Source: Phoronis australis (taxonomy: Eukaryota > Animalia > Phoronida). Taken from it: 64,000 bases of DNA. The position numbers were made by a program, and so were the translations under genes. The notes beneath the pieces were generated by a model. The model was given only the letters and a program-made list of their open reading frames with translations. It was not told where the DNA came from and ran no database searches. Of this stretch, positions 37,382 through 50,650 are shown in pieces; position 1 is the first letter of the stretch; each line of letters opens with the position of its first letter. The DNA lies in the NCBI GenBank assembly GCA_002633005.1, contig NMRA01000013.1:1957751-2021750 (forward strand). Direction: 5' to 3'.

Positions 37382-38786
37382 CGGCTGATTTCACGAAGGA
37401 GGTTTAACAAAACCAGGTTTAAGACTTAAACCTGGTTTTGCTAAAACTGGTTTAACTTTAGACCTAACATGTATTTCACGAACGTGGTTTAAAAATTTTA
37501 AACCAGGTTTAACTAAACCAGGTCTAAAGATTCCAAAACTCCCTGCATTGTGTACCCGCATTTGGTTAACAAAGAAACTATTGAAGAAGTGTATCAATCG
37601 GTCTGGGAGCAAATGAATAGATGGAACACAAAAGCATTAAAGCAAGCTGAGTTTTTCACTAAGCAAATTTGGTGCAGTTATTTAGTAGTTGCTCTGTGTG
37701 TTCCTGGAAAAACGAACTGAGAAGATGAAAACCTTTTCGGTTGAAGAAAAAGTGCTTTTTCATGCAACGAATAAAAATGCACAAAAAACGTTGAAAACGA
37801 ACTCTGTTTCTATTGGCATCTTGTATAAGAAACCTGTTTCTGTTGAAACTAAAACTGAAATAATTCTTGTTTCACTCTGTTGTCGGCGATGCACTCTGCG
37901 GCCAACTGCGTCCCGCCGACACGACTATCAAGCCAGTCTGTCCATTGCTATTGCAAGTACTTTATGATGATCGCTGTTATTGTTAATCAATAATAGTAAC
38001 AAGAAAAATACTAATGATAGTCATTATTATTGTCGTAACGTTTATTTAAATTAGTATAATAATAAAAATTCTGATAATAATCGTAATTATTATTATTATT
38101 ACTAATACTATTATTATCTTGGTTATTATTACTTTTATTATTACTATCATTAATAATGTTGCTATTAATATCATTAGTAATATTATTATTAATATCATTA
38201 ATAATATTGATGTTATTATTTTTATTATTATTTTCATCATTATTATTATTATTATTATTACTATTATTATTATTATGTTTTGGTTATGATTGATACTAAA
38301 GGCAAATCAATTACATAGCACTCAAAACTTGGCTCTTTACGATACAGTATAAGAAATTAAGAAAAACACAGTCAAAGTGTACAGTTCAAAATAAATAAAT
38401 AAATAACTTGCGAATTTATGTAATTTATTAAAGATGAAAAAAAAACTTTCGATGAAATATGTCTTGAGGCTGAAGTTGAAGCTGGAAAGTGCATTTCAAA
38501 TGAAAAGTTTAGCAAAAGCATCAGTGTTAAACCTGGGTCTGAGCAGGTTTAAAGTTAGACCTGGTTTAAGAGCGTAATACAGGTTTAAGGAATTTAAACC
38601 TCGGTCGTGAAACGAACACTGACTTAAACCAGGTTTAAACTGGAGGTAAACCAGGTTTAACTAGACCACTGGTCTAAAAGTTAAACCACTTTCGTGAAAT
38701 ACAGACGAAGGTGGTTTAAAGTTAAACCTGGTTTAAGTCCAAGTTAAACCAGGTTTAACTTTAAACCACCTTCGTGAAATCGGCCG
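37382..38786. mobile_element. PIF/Harbinger-type non-autonomous element
   Basis: 26-bp TIRs CGGCTGATTTCACGAAGGAGGTTTAA / TTAAACCACCTTCGTGAAATCGGCCG, 3-bp TSD TGA, many subterminal AAACCWGGTTT palindromes, internal (ATT)n tract at ~38020-38277. Confidence 0.85.
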
Positions 38787-39452
38787 TGAGTGTTTGCATT
38801 TCCGTCCTCACTTTGTTGGTTAAGTCAGGCTACGATGTGAGGACTTAACACTGGGTCCTCACAAGTCCGTCCTCACTTTGTTGGTAAACTNGTGTGTGTG
38901 TGTGTGTGTGTGTAAGCATGTTGGTGCCCTTTTATTTAGGCTCCTTGAATACAAGGAAAGTGGATCGGCAAACATCCCAGAGGACATTGTATGGACGTCC
39001 CAAGAACGGGCATGGGGATTGAGGAAGAATTGAGTTAAAGTACCTGAGAAATTTTCAGACTTGATATTTATGAACTATGTTTGTAAGATATTTACTGTTT
39101 GACTAATTGATGTTAGCTCAGGGAGCCTCATGCTCACGTGTCTCTCTTTAGCTATTTGTGGGATGTGTTTTGTATGCCACATGAAATAACTGTCATATAA
39201 GGATTAGTTTACCCGTTTTGGAACAACTACGAACTCAATGAAAGCAGAGGTGTTTCCACAAATTTCATTGGACGACGAGTATTCATAAGCAGTAACGTCG
39301 TTCCCACGCTTTCTCATTGGCTCATTTAGATCACGTGACATACTTGGCCATTTTCGTGCTTAGCTACAAGCATAGCAACACACGCCATATTGTGAGTTTT
39401 CATTGAGGTTGTGGCATATTTCTGATTATTCGGTGTTTTTCGTTATTTATAC

Positions 39453-39790
39453 AATGCCAAAAAAGGCCTGGAACAAAATTTAGAACTGTACATGCCTTCG
39501 AAAGGAAAAAGCGTAAAGTAAATAGGAAATCAAGCGGATCTGTGTACCTGAAAACAATGCCGCTCTCTGATCCATCACCGACTTCGGCAACGAGTTCCAC
39601 AGCGACGAATGAGTCTCGGCCTTCAACATCCAAAAGAAAGCTGAATTACTCTGAGAATGACGTGCCTGTGTACAAATCTACCTTACTGGAACAATCAGTG
39701 AAGAAATTGACCAATGTAGTTGCGAATCTTGAGTGTCTCAGCGAAACAGTGAAGAGAGCATCGTGTCCAGAATGCAACACCACAAACACG
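39453..39790 (+). pseudogene. Kolobok/Mutator-like transposase N-terminal remnant
   Basis: Basic N-terminus, STSKRKL, VVANLECLSETVKRASCPEC, then donor GTAAGT; frameshifted. Confidence 0.4.
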
Positions 39791-40371
39791 GTAAGTTCTT
39801 GTTTGTTTACACACAAGATAGCAGCAGTAGTAGTACTAGTAGTAGTAAAAGAAACTCTGAAAAACACTTCGGTCATTGGGACTAACACTGTATAGCAAAT
39901 TTCCAAGCAACATGAGAAACTCAATAAATGATACCTATCAGCAAGTCCCATCAATCCTCTTGTAGTTGATGCTGTATTTCCATTATATTACAACTCTATT
40001 TAATATTACCTGAGGTGAAGCAGACTTACAAACTGTTCATGCATGGAAGTCTGTTATTTTTTGAAAATGTTATTCGTGGCTGAATTCAGATTTTTAAAAA
40101 TTTTTAAAAATTCTCTAAATTGCTAACAAAGTTCACCTCAAATGATACATCTATTTTATTTAAATGCCCCAAAACACCATTTTTCTGTGAAAAAACACCA
40201 CCCGCAGCCAATCACTTGTTTGTTTGAAACACTTATGAAAGGGCACAACCAGTTGCAGCACAGGTAATTGAGAATGAGTTTACAAGTAAAATCATACAGT
40301 TGCCACTTGTTTTCGTTGTGATAAATGAAGTAAGTAAAGAATGGTGAATTGTTTGTTCTTTCCTTTTTACA

Positions 40372-40681
40372 GAAAGCGAAGCGACGTCTGAAAGTGCTGG
40401 ACACAAAAAGTCATTGGCCGGCAGCGAAGCGTGCACAGATAAAACAATTACTATCTGTGAAATTCACCTCCTCTGATGAGGAGGGAGAGACTGGTTTTAT
40501 TAGTCACCCGCCCTCATGGGAGAGCGAAAAATTCAATAAAGTGAAGGCATCCCTGAACAAAGCCTTCTTAGAGTCTTGCTCTACAAAGTCTCGCAGACTG
40601 TTACAGAAGCGAACAATTGGAGCAGTATCTGAGGCGGCCTGCCCTGAGACGCCTGAATGTCTTAACTGGGCAAAGAAATAA
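40372..40681 (+). pseudogene. Terminal exon of a transposon accessory gene (C14orf93/DUF4616-like)
   Basis: Acceptor TTTTTACAG; FTSSDEE....HPPSWES......L.........P..LNWA pattern; AATAAA follows the stop. Confidence 0.4.
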
Positions 40682-41685
40682 GTACATATGAAAATAAAGA
40701 TTTCCAATATTTTTTATTTCTATCGAAATAAACACAGTATAGTTTCAATTTTGTGTCCAAGCAAAAAATTTAGTCTTTATGTTGCTTAGTCAAACCTATT
40801 CCGAATAAAATTAATTTTTCATAAAACTGAAACAAAACCCTTTGAAGAAAATCTGGGGCAGTTTTTCATTTCATTACACAGATGTAATTTAAACACGTTT
40901 TTGGCTTGGTATGTCAATTCTCCATTGAAAATTCGTGTTCCAAAGATATTTTGTGTTTTTTGGGATGGGAATTACCAATAATTTTTATGTCTTTCGTATT
41001 CCCCTCTTTCTGCACATTCTAAAAGTATAAACGTTTTATACAATTTTAAGTACTTATTAAGAATTGGATCCAGTTTCCAAAGAAGGCCCAGCGTAACCTT
41101 AAAGAGTTTATTACCGTAATTTGATCTGAATAGTTAATCATAATTCAATATGAATTTGCTTTTGTATACTTTATTATAATGTGTGCTCCCAGCCTTTAAT
41201 ATGGGGGCTTCAATTCCTGACGTTGTGGACCTTTTTCGGACTAAAGAAAAAACAAAATTTGCCTGCTTGTGCTATTTAGTGGACTTTTGTCCCATTTTCT
41301 CGGACTTTGTCTCTCGGGGGCGAACCATTTTTTGCGCCCCCCCCACCCTGGGTGTGTGCATGATTATTTAGGCTGCAAATGTATGTAATGTGTATTTGTA
41401 CAGCATTGGGGATAAGGCTGTCAGAATGTCAAAACTCCATATGCAATGCGAACAAGAGCAACGCAGAGCGTTGAAATGCGCCCACAATTGCACCGTATAC
41501 GGTATCCTTCTAGGGTTGTTTATTGGTACCATAAAGTGGCCAGTAGATGGCATATATGTAGTATGTTGTACTTTGCAAAATGGAAAGGCATGGCCATTGT
41601 CTCCTCAATAGGCTAGGTTTCAAAATGTGAGTGATCTTCATAATACAAGCACATCCTAAGCATCAGTTGCTTAAAGCACCACAGA

Positions 41686-43397
41686 AACTAGAATTAAAAA
41701 CAAATTTACCAACATACGAGATTAGCACAGCATTAGAATGCCAGAAACAAATTTCTACTTGGAACTTTTCCTTCATAGTCACGAAGTAACACAAAGTATA
41801 CACCTGAAGACCTATGAAAATACAGAGGTCAATGTGAAATATTTAAATTGCCACTAGAGGCATACCGGTAGTCAGAATCATCCTAAAGTCGTCATCGTCC
41901 GTTGTCAACATCACATAAATACACTTGTTAAATTTAGTAAAGATCCTGCAAACGGTTTGGGAGATACAGCCATGGGCGCAAAAAAAAACTGCCACTAGGA
42001 GGCTCCACAGTAATCAAAGTCATGGGAAATTCAGCGTCAACCGTCCTCTTCATAGTAAGAACATACATGCCAATTTTCACAATCATACTTTGAGCGGTTT
42101 GGTTGATAGAGGGGTGGACGCCAAAAAACAGACTCAAAAACAGTAAAAATGGCCACTGGGTGTCACAAACTAGGTCGAATCCATCCGAAAACGGGAGAAT
42201 AGCGTCATCGCACTAATAGGTGCCTACATACCAAATTTCATGAAAATCCGTTAAGGACTTGTGAAGATACAGAGGTAAACGTAAAAAAATAAAATTGCCA
42301 CTAGGGGGCACACTGGTAGGCGGATCCGTCCAAAAGTCGTCATCGTCTGTTGTTAACATCATATAATTACACTTATTAAATTTCGTAAAGATCCTGCGAA
42401 CGGTTTAGGAGATACAGCCATAGGCGCAAAAAAAAAAAAACTGCCACTAGGAGGCGCCACAGTAATCCAAATCGTCTGAAAATCATTGTCAGCTGTCTTC
42501 TTTATAGTAAGCACATACATGCCAATTTTCACAACCATCCTTTGAGCGGTTTGGTTGATAGAGGGGTGGACGCAAAAATACAGACTCGAAAACAGTAAAA
42601 ATGGCCACTAGGTGGCGCAAACTATGTCGAATCCATCTGAAAACGGGAGGATAGCGTCATCTCACTAATAGGTGCCTACATACCAAATTTCATGAAAATC
42701 CGTTCAGGACTTTTGAAGATACAAAGGTAAGCGTAAAAAAACTAAAATTGCCACTAGGGGGCACACCGGTAGTCAAATCCGTCCGAAAGTCGTCATGTTC
42801 CGTTGTTAACATCATATAAATATACTTACACAATTTCATAAAAATCCTGCGAACGGTTTAGGAAATACAGCCATAGGCGAAAAACAACAACAAAACTGCC
42901 ACCAGGAGGCGCCACAGTAGTCGAAATCGTCGGAAAATCATTGTCAACCGTCCTCTACATAGTAAACATATACATGCCAATTTTCACAATCATCCTTTGA
43001 GCGGTTTGGTGGATAGAGGGGTTGACGCACAAAAACACACTCGAAAACACTAAAAACGGCCACTAGGTGGCGCAAACTATGTCGAATCCATCTAAAAACG
43101 GAAGGATAGCGTCATCTCACTAATAAGTGCCTACACACCAAATTTCATGAAAATCCATTTAGGACTTTTGAAGATACAAAGGTAAGCGTAAAAAACTAAA
43201 ATTGCCACTAGGGGACACACCGGTAGTCGGATCCGTCCGAAAGTTCGCACATGCCGTCCCATTCATGAATGGAACATATGTGCAAAATTTCATGAACATA
43301 TGTCAAAGGGTTTTGGAGATAGAGCAGCGGACGCCGGACGGACGCCGCCCATACGGAGATGACGGCGTCCACATATAAATATGTGGGCGCATAAAAA
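41686..43397 (+). mobile_element. HINE/Helentron-like non-autonomous element with internal ~450 bp tandem array (3 x ~150 bp subunits)
   Basis: Unit starts (CCACTA) at 41851, 42298, 42751 and 43205; GGAC-type microsatellite at 43329-43345; 3' palindrome GCGTCCACATAT-AA-ATATGTGGGCGC (43365-43390) followed by an A-run. Confidence 0.7.
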
Positions 43398-44299
43398 GTG
43401 TAGACATGGAAAAGCTTTTTGTTCATACATGTATCTTATTAATTTATGTTGTGTATTAGGACCACTCGTGTTAACTCAAGTTTCAATTCTTTCTAACAAA
43501 TTCGGTGAGTGTCCTGCACAGCGAACTGACGTTGACCAGTCAACCAATCAGTCACAAATGTAAATTACTGATCATACGGCTTGTTAACTTGTTAATGATG
43601 TGTACAAAAAATAAACTTATGAATTGCAAAAATGATGTTTTTAATTTACGTTTAAAGTTTATAAAAGCCGCCTTCGGTAGCGGACAAAAGGATTAGGGTT
43701 GATATTTCATCACCTTTTAAGGACAAGCGAACTTTCAAGTGAAAACCAGTTGAAAAAGTTGGCATTTTATCACCTTTTTCTTAAAATGAAAATGAACAGT
43801 TCACTTCAGAAAAGCTGAAAAAGGTGAAATTTCGTTGCATATTTTGTTTTAAAAAGGTCAACTTTTGAATGTGAAAGATTGCAAAAGGTCATATTTTTTA
43901 CTACAAAACATTACAAAAGGGATAGATTAAATTACGCTGCATTAAATTTTATAATTTAAATTTAAAATTGAAGTAAAAATCAAATCTTTTAAATTATTAG
44001 CACTTTGAATTTAATCATACAAACAATTCTCATCAATCCTCAACATGGCAGTTGATGAGGGTTTTCTTTAACAGCAACATGTCTGATGACTTTCCATTAC
44101 ATTTTGGGATTAGTGAGATTGCGCTCTTTGCCTTCTCAATCATTGATACAACATGACAACATGATTTCGCTCCAGTTTGTAGCCTTTATAATCGCCTCGG
44201 AATAGGATGCCTCTTCAGCTAGACTGGTACATGGTTCATTGAACTATTGCACTGTGAAGTGCCTGAACCGTGAATCCGCTATCGCCTGAAGAAGAGCAA

Positions 44300-44600
44300 G
44301 CGCTAAGTTATGTGGCAGGTGCAATGTGCAGTAGGCTGTTGAAACGTGTGTCAAAGTTGAAGTCCAGGAAACACTCGACATAAGTAGAATGCATCCAAAG
44401 TCTCAGAGGAGAAAGTATCAGGGAGGACTCTTGGACTACATTGGTGAATCGTGGTGGACTGTTCTTAATTTCTCATGAATTGTATCTCTTTGCCAAAGAA
44501 CTAGAGAAAGTTGTACGTCATGAAGTGTTCAGTGACAGTACTATTTTAAACTATCACGGGGGAGATATACGGATGGGTTTGATGGATTCCCTTCACAGTC
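44300..44600 (+). pseudogene. DNA transposon protein remnant (P-element/THAP9 C-terminus-like)
   Basis: LSYVAGAMCSRLLKR and LVNRGGLFLISHELYLFAKELE motifs, with stops/frameshifts. Confidence 0.4.
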
Positions 44601-45304
44601 GTCCAACCCTTCTCATATTGGTTCCTAGCCTGTACGTAACTATAAATTTTCAGGCCCAAATGTTTGTAGTTGAAGACGATGAAAGCAGTCATGAGGTATG
44701 TGACTGTTAAACAGTACCAGTTTCAGAAAATTGTATTTAGTCATTCTTAGACAATAAGTTCTTCTTGTCTAAGCTTTATATCTAACGTAGAGTTCCTAGC
44801 TGATAAACACTTTTTATAGCTACACTTTTGGTTCAATTACAAAAAAATGTAGTGCTTGATTAGACATTTGATTACTGTTTACAAAAGCAGGAAGGATTGC
44901 ACTATCCTAATCAAGATAAACAAATCTCCAAATGACAAAAAATTATATTTTTGTTAACAATAGATAAATTCAATTATTTCATAATAACTTCTGTTTGCTC
45001 TTCAGCTTTCAACTGTGCACGCTGCCGTTGTTGAGTATAATAAAAGCAGTATTTTCCAGGGATTATGGGTGGAGCCAGATTCCCTAACCCATTGGCATCA
45101 TTGAAAATGAGCTATTTACAAAAAGGAAGGTTGTCTGGTCAACCACTCTCAACCATCGTGACAGCTGTGAAATTGACACCTCTAACATAATTCACAGGTA
45201 CAAGGCTTGAAAAGTGGGAGACATAATTTCTAAACCAGATAACCTTGACAATGTTGTTATGAAATATTGTAGTTTTATATTTGATACTTGATTTACACAA
45301 TTTC

Positions 45305-45945
45305 AAATATTCTACTGTTCTTGGTGATGGCGACGCTGAAACCTATGCTGCCAATCAGCAAGCGGATATATACCCAGTGGAAAAAGCAGATTGCACCAAT
45401 CGTGTGTAAAAAAATTGGCACAACGCTAAGAAACTTGGTGGAGAAGAAGGCCCGTGGTGTGTCTATTAGCGCTCGTGGCAAAACTGACCGAGACCATCAA
45501 GAAGTTAAACTAATATGGGAAAGTGATAAAAGACAATCCAGATGATCTGGAAAATTGGAGCAGGCTGTTTGGGCTTCCTTCTTCCATACAAATCAACAGA
45601 CAACGACCCTCACCATGCCAGATGTCCAAGCTTTGAAGATTCCTGGTGCTTTTACAACAGAGCACAGGCTATGAATGAAGTTTTGCGACCCTACTCCGGA
45701 ACCTTGCCACGTGAGATAGGGCTAGAGCTTGTACCAATATACCAACAACTAGGAGATCGGCAGCTGCTTAAGAGGTATCTAAGTGTAAAGACCTCAAATG
45801 CCAATGAGGCATTTCATTCAACAGTATGGCGAGTTTGCCCAAAGGAGTGCTGGTCATCTTGCAAATCCATTGACACCGCCCTTGCCATCTACATTCAACG
45901 ATTCAAAAAGGGGTCATCAGCCACGATTGATGTACTTAATGAGCT
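45305..45945 (+). pseudogene. Kolobok-type (Mutator-like domain) DDE transposase pseudogene
   Basis: YSTVLGDGDAETY, VEKADCTNRV.KKIGTTLRNL, AVWASFF, STDNDPHHARCP..EDSWCFY, KTSNANEAFHSTVWRVCPK across several frameshifts. Confidence 0.75.
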
Positions 45946-46799
45946 AGTGTGGTTGAAAATTATACAATCAGATATAGTGAAGCCAGCAATGTTGCTCGCG
46001 ACTCAAAATCATATCGGAGTTTGTCTTATACTGGTAGCTTTTACCGGTCTGTTATTAAATTTTGGTGTCTTTATTTCAGAGTGTGGCTTTAACAATCGTT
46101 GGATAAGGACAGCTACCCAGACAACACAACTTATGCAGTTATGAACAGTAGCTCATGAACCTATGAATTCTGTTATCTGATCTCAGAAATGTGCGTTTGT
46201 AGTCACAAACATGGATTATTTGCCTGTGAAGCTAAGCGAGCCGATGCATCTTAAGAAGATTAAGTGGCTTGTGGTGTATCATAGATATGTGTATGTCGTT
46301 CAGTAGCTTTAAATTAAAGGAAAATGAATAACTTAGTAATCAAATGTCTAAGTTTTCTAATTTCCACCTCGTATAACCAGGTTGTACTTAGGGTTACTTT
46401 TACTGAAACTTGTTCGCACCACGGGGTGTATCGGATTTACTGTTACTATGATTGTCAACAAAATGAAACTGCCTTTTAAATTGATATTTTGAATGTTTGA
46501 AAACCATGATAGGCAATTCTAGGCACTATTTCTAGCCAAAGGATTGAGGTAAAATCTATCAGTAATTCCCAAAATCACATCTGTGACCATTACAGATGAA
46601 CCAGTTACATTTTATTTCGTGCCCTTGTCTCTGTCAGAGGATATTCTTGGATTTTGCATGTTAAGTGATTTGTTATTCCTGGTGTATTTGCTGTACTGTT
46701 AGTAGAAAAAGTTTGTGCTGATGAAGCATAGACTGTTGTTGTAGTCCTTCAAGCTGTAATCACCAGGCAGTGATGATGCTGCTGTGCACTAGAAAGCAA

Positions 46800-48010
46800 A
46801 TGGATTACGATTTCTTAAAAACTATAACGAAAAAGGTCACAACTACTCCGGACTTGATTGCAAAAAGAAATTCCGGAGCATGAGAAATAGGTAAAACATA
46901 TTCGTCTGTCTTTTTCTTCTCAATGTTCAAAATCCGTTGAACCTGGCAGTCTAGGAAAACTTAGTGTCATCAAAAGTTTACACTCTTATTGCATATTTTA
47001 CGTCGTATGATGTTGTTAAAGATATATTTGCAGGCTCCTAAATATGGTAATGTATAGCAGGAACTAAACGACAATGCTATTTTAATATCATCTATGCCAA
47101 ACAATGTGCAGTTGTGTTCACTGACATGTTGTGTTTATGTGATAACAAAAAATCTGCAATAATGACGTACAATGGGAGCTCATACAGCCTGCATCATGCA
47201 GCGCTATTCCCCAACATTACGTCATGATACTTACTGGACACAGTGATTTACCTCAGAGCGTTTTCGACACAAAACTTGTTCTTAAACATCTAGCAGTTTT
47301 TAACGTACTTCATATTCACATTTTCGCTATATGTTGTTTCTAACTTATTTGACCTAGCAATGAACGAGATAACGAATTAGGGTGCAAGATCCAGTTAAAA
47401 TGTTTATTCGGGATATCTGGGCCTGTTTCGTTTAATTTTGTAAATTTTGCAAGTCTTCATATTGACTCCATCGAAAATAGCAATAAAATAAATATTTACT
47501 GTGAATGTGAAACTCGTGTGTCCTTTTTGATGTTTTGTATTAGTCACTAAACTGGTTTCTTTTCTCGCAACTACAGGAAAAAGGTGTAAAGCTCACGAGT
47601 ACACAGTTATATGCATCATTACTTTCCATTACTATTTTGTAACAGATTTAAGATAATAAAAGACAAGAACAGTCAGACTGGTCAGAGTCGTAACACATGG
47701 ACATATTACAACATCATGGAAGAGATGTTTGGAAGTGACCCAGCTGTGGTTACAGTGGCTTTCGTGTCTTCTCTGGTAAACACAGTAGAACCAGAGGCTT
47801 CTTTAAATGACACCATCGTGTCTGAGTACTCTGGCACGCCCCAAAAAGCGAAAGAGAAATGAGGGGCCACAGTGGGTTTCATCTTACAAGGCAGAACTGA
47901 GTGTGATGCATAAAGAACGCTTGCAGGTGGAAAAGAGACGCGCTGATATTGAGGAGCGACGCGTGGTAGCACTGGAGAGTCTGGTTGACTAGATCAAAAC
48001 CCAAAAGTGA
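46800..48010 (+). pseudogene. Myb/SANT-like trihelix protein remnant (Harbinger ORF2 type), two exons
   Basis: CKKKFRSMRNR|FKIIKDKNSQTGQSRNTWTYYNIMEEMFG with donor ~46891 and acceptor 47645; frameshifted coiled-coil tail. Confidence 0.6.
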
Positions 48011-48849
48011 AATGTTGTGCAAAGATACTCCATTGACTCATTGTCAATGAAAGGGTTTGGCCCCCCCTTCTTTGAGGACACTTGTGTTTTTATCGTTTAT
48101 TGTGTTATACTGAAGTGGTGGTTTATGTGCTTATTAAACACACAGGAACAGTGTAGATATTGTATATTGATATTGATATTGATATATTACATTTACAGTA
48201 GTTGTTGAGATTACTTTATTCTTAATTTAAAACCGAGATGGTATTTAAAACTTGATGCTGAATGAAAATAAACGGGTAAGAACATAGTTTAATATCAGTA
48301 TACTCCTGGCATATAGTGCATATCGATTTTGATGGTGATACGTTTTGATGGTCGGGAACCCTCTTTGTGCTTTAAAAACGCAACTCCAGCTTTTTTATTG
48401 GGAAACCACATTCAAAAAATGCTTATCGGGGCACTCTGTGCGTTGACAATGCAAACTTGACATTTTTTATTGAGAAAATGCATGTAAGCGGTTAGAAGAT
48501 GACTTAAAGTCAACATTGTGGAGCCTTCTTGTGGAGCCTTCTTTACATGCCACTCAGCAAGGTGCCAGGCATAGTTAACCAGTTGATGCACACTTATGCT
48601 AATCAAGAGAAGCCGCCCAAGTGGGTAAAGATTTGGAACATCAATGACAATTCACTCTCAGTGGTCTCCAACTTTAGACCTGTAGTGAAGGGTTTGTTTA
48701 TATTCTATAAACGAAAATCAGTCCCAGAAATGATTTCTTGGGTCCTAATGAACTCCCCCCGACTTGGAGATCCCCAGACTACCCCCCCCCTCCCAGCGTA
48801 GCAAGTATGATCAGTTGGCCACAGACAAGCTAACAAAAAAGGTCCGCAC

Positions 48850-48990
48850 TACGCCAGCTATGCAGTATGGCATTGATCATGAGGCTGTGGCTGCTAAATA
48901 ATAATCTGAAACTTTTGGAGTGGATATACACAACGTTGGCTTCATCATTAACCAGTTGGGTTGTCACTGAGGGTGCAGCCCGATAGAGTC
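48850..48990 (+). pseudogene. YqaJ/lambda-exonuclease-like transposon ORF remnant
   Basis: AMQYGIDHEAVAAK**SETFGVDIHNVGFIINQ..H*GCSP matches the AM.YG...E..A / GF.I / LGASPD pattern. Confidence 0.55.
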
Positions 48991-50269
48991 AGTCATTGCT
49001 TAACTCAAGAACGAGTCTAATCGAACGCCAAATGACTTCTGCAAACGATTCCAAGACTCAGACTTGTCGAGTCATTGGATGTTTATTGCAAGAAGTGAAA
49101 AAGGTGAGATTTAAAAAGTCTCCAGTTCATTTTGTTATCTCATGGATATGGTATTTGTTACAAAATGATCCGTCAAAGATGTGATTTTCGTCAGAGTTAC
49201 TGTTGGCTGGGACAGGGAATGTGATTTACATTAAATTAGCTACAATTACAATCTCAGGGAAATAATGAATGACACAACTAAGGAGGATCTTTTGCAATTC
49301 AACAGACAATATGGCAAACAAGAAATAATTTTAACTAGCCAAATTACTTAACTAAAGTTAAGAAAATTTTACTTCACAAAAAAATTTCTTCAATTGCTCA
49401 GTTGTCACCAAACTAGTGCCAAAATTTTGACCCCCTGTAATAGTGTACTAAGCTTTCAAGAATGGAAGAGTTATTTTTTTGGCAATCGTTGCCTGAAACT
49501 GGACACAATTTTACCATGAAACCTCTAAAATTAGACAAAATACACACTGCATATAACCCAGCTCTAGGATGTAAAGATGCATTTCAGTATAAACTTGTCA
49601 GTGATGAGTTAATAAAATGGTGAACACTTGCAAAGAACTTAGTTACTATAGTCTAGGGTAAATTGTGATGTGTTATGAAATGTACTGCTTCAAATTGCAA
49701 AGGGAAAAGGATTTTTTCAGCATCCAATGATGTAGCAGCTGACCATAAAGGAAGCTTTGCTGACATTGTTCAGTTGATACGTAGTGTGAAAGAAATGGCT
49801 GGAAATAGTGGAAAGACCAGTGTGCCAAGGCTCTAAATGTCAATGTGAGTCCTTATCATCCACACATACATACCTCAGGAGCGACCATTCTATAAAGTAC
49901 ACAACTGCTGCATGGACTTAATGTGAACAAATAAATTTTTCCACATCCCAGAAAAGCTGTGGTAAACAAAATTTTGATACGCAATTAATTTTATTCCCTC
50001 CAGAATTCTCCAGAGTACTACCAAGTATAAGCAATTGACCGGAGCTTCTACAATACACTGGCGCTGATGCCGCCCTGGGTGCTGTTCCATGCGCCACCAC
50101 ACCCGCACATGGGCGGTTTTTCATTACTGGCCTCAACCTGTACCAATGGACGACTACTCGAACTTTCATTCGTTGTCAGATTCCGACGATGAGACTGTTT
50201 GGGAATCTACCTCGCTGGGACTGCAACTTTCTACTGCACAACCCTGAGCCCCCGTTTGTCAGTTTGCTG

Positions 50270-50650
50270 GACTCACATCGAGCGGATCAAACGGAAGAGC
50301 AAGCACTGCCGATGTACGAGGCTGTTGGCTTTCTGGTGAATTCCCTGAGAGAACAGGGTAGGTCTTTTGACATCAAACAAGCTCATGAAAAGTACCCTGA
50401 ATCCGACAATGTAAAGTCTATCGGACAGAACTAAGTGAAGAGGTTGTGCACGTTGTTGCAACACAAGGCTGTAAAGTTTAAGGAAGGGCAGTTGAAGTCG
50501 GCACAATCGGCCATCGCCAGGGCAGCCGTTCCCCTGAAAAAACTGGTGGACACTTTCGTGAATACTGCCACAAAGCGCCTCAATGCCAAGGATTTGATTG
50601 ACAATACCGTAGATGCTCTGGGTCTACTCTGCTACGCCAATGCTAATATC
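50270..50650 (+). pseudogene. DIRS-like retroelement gag remnant
   Basis: EKYPESDN...QLKSAQSAIARAAVPL..LVD...TVDALGLLCYAN resembles DIRS ORF1; broken frame. Confidence 0.45.

Larger units (their letters stand above)
26087..38913 (+). mobile_element. ~12.8 kb SET-domain-encoding DNA transposon bounded by (TG)n tracts (CryptonV-like), with nested insertions
   Basis: (TG)n at 26087-26106 and 38892-38913. Inverted subterminal motif ACCAACnnnGTGAGGAC (26148-26164 vs 38804-38820 and 38869-38885). Internal spliced SET gene and C-terminal RRPW..PGK..RTW..IK exon. Confidence 0.7.

Noticed and set aside
38046-38240. Ile-rich membrane-like ORF
   Set aside because: Translation of an (ATT)n microsatellite.
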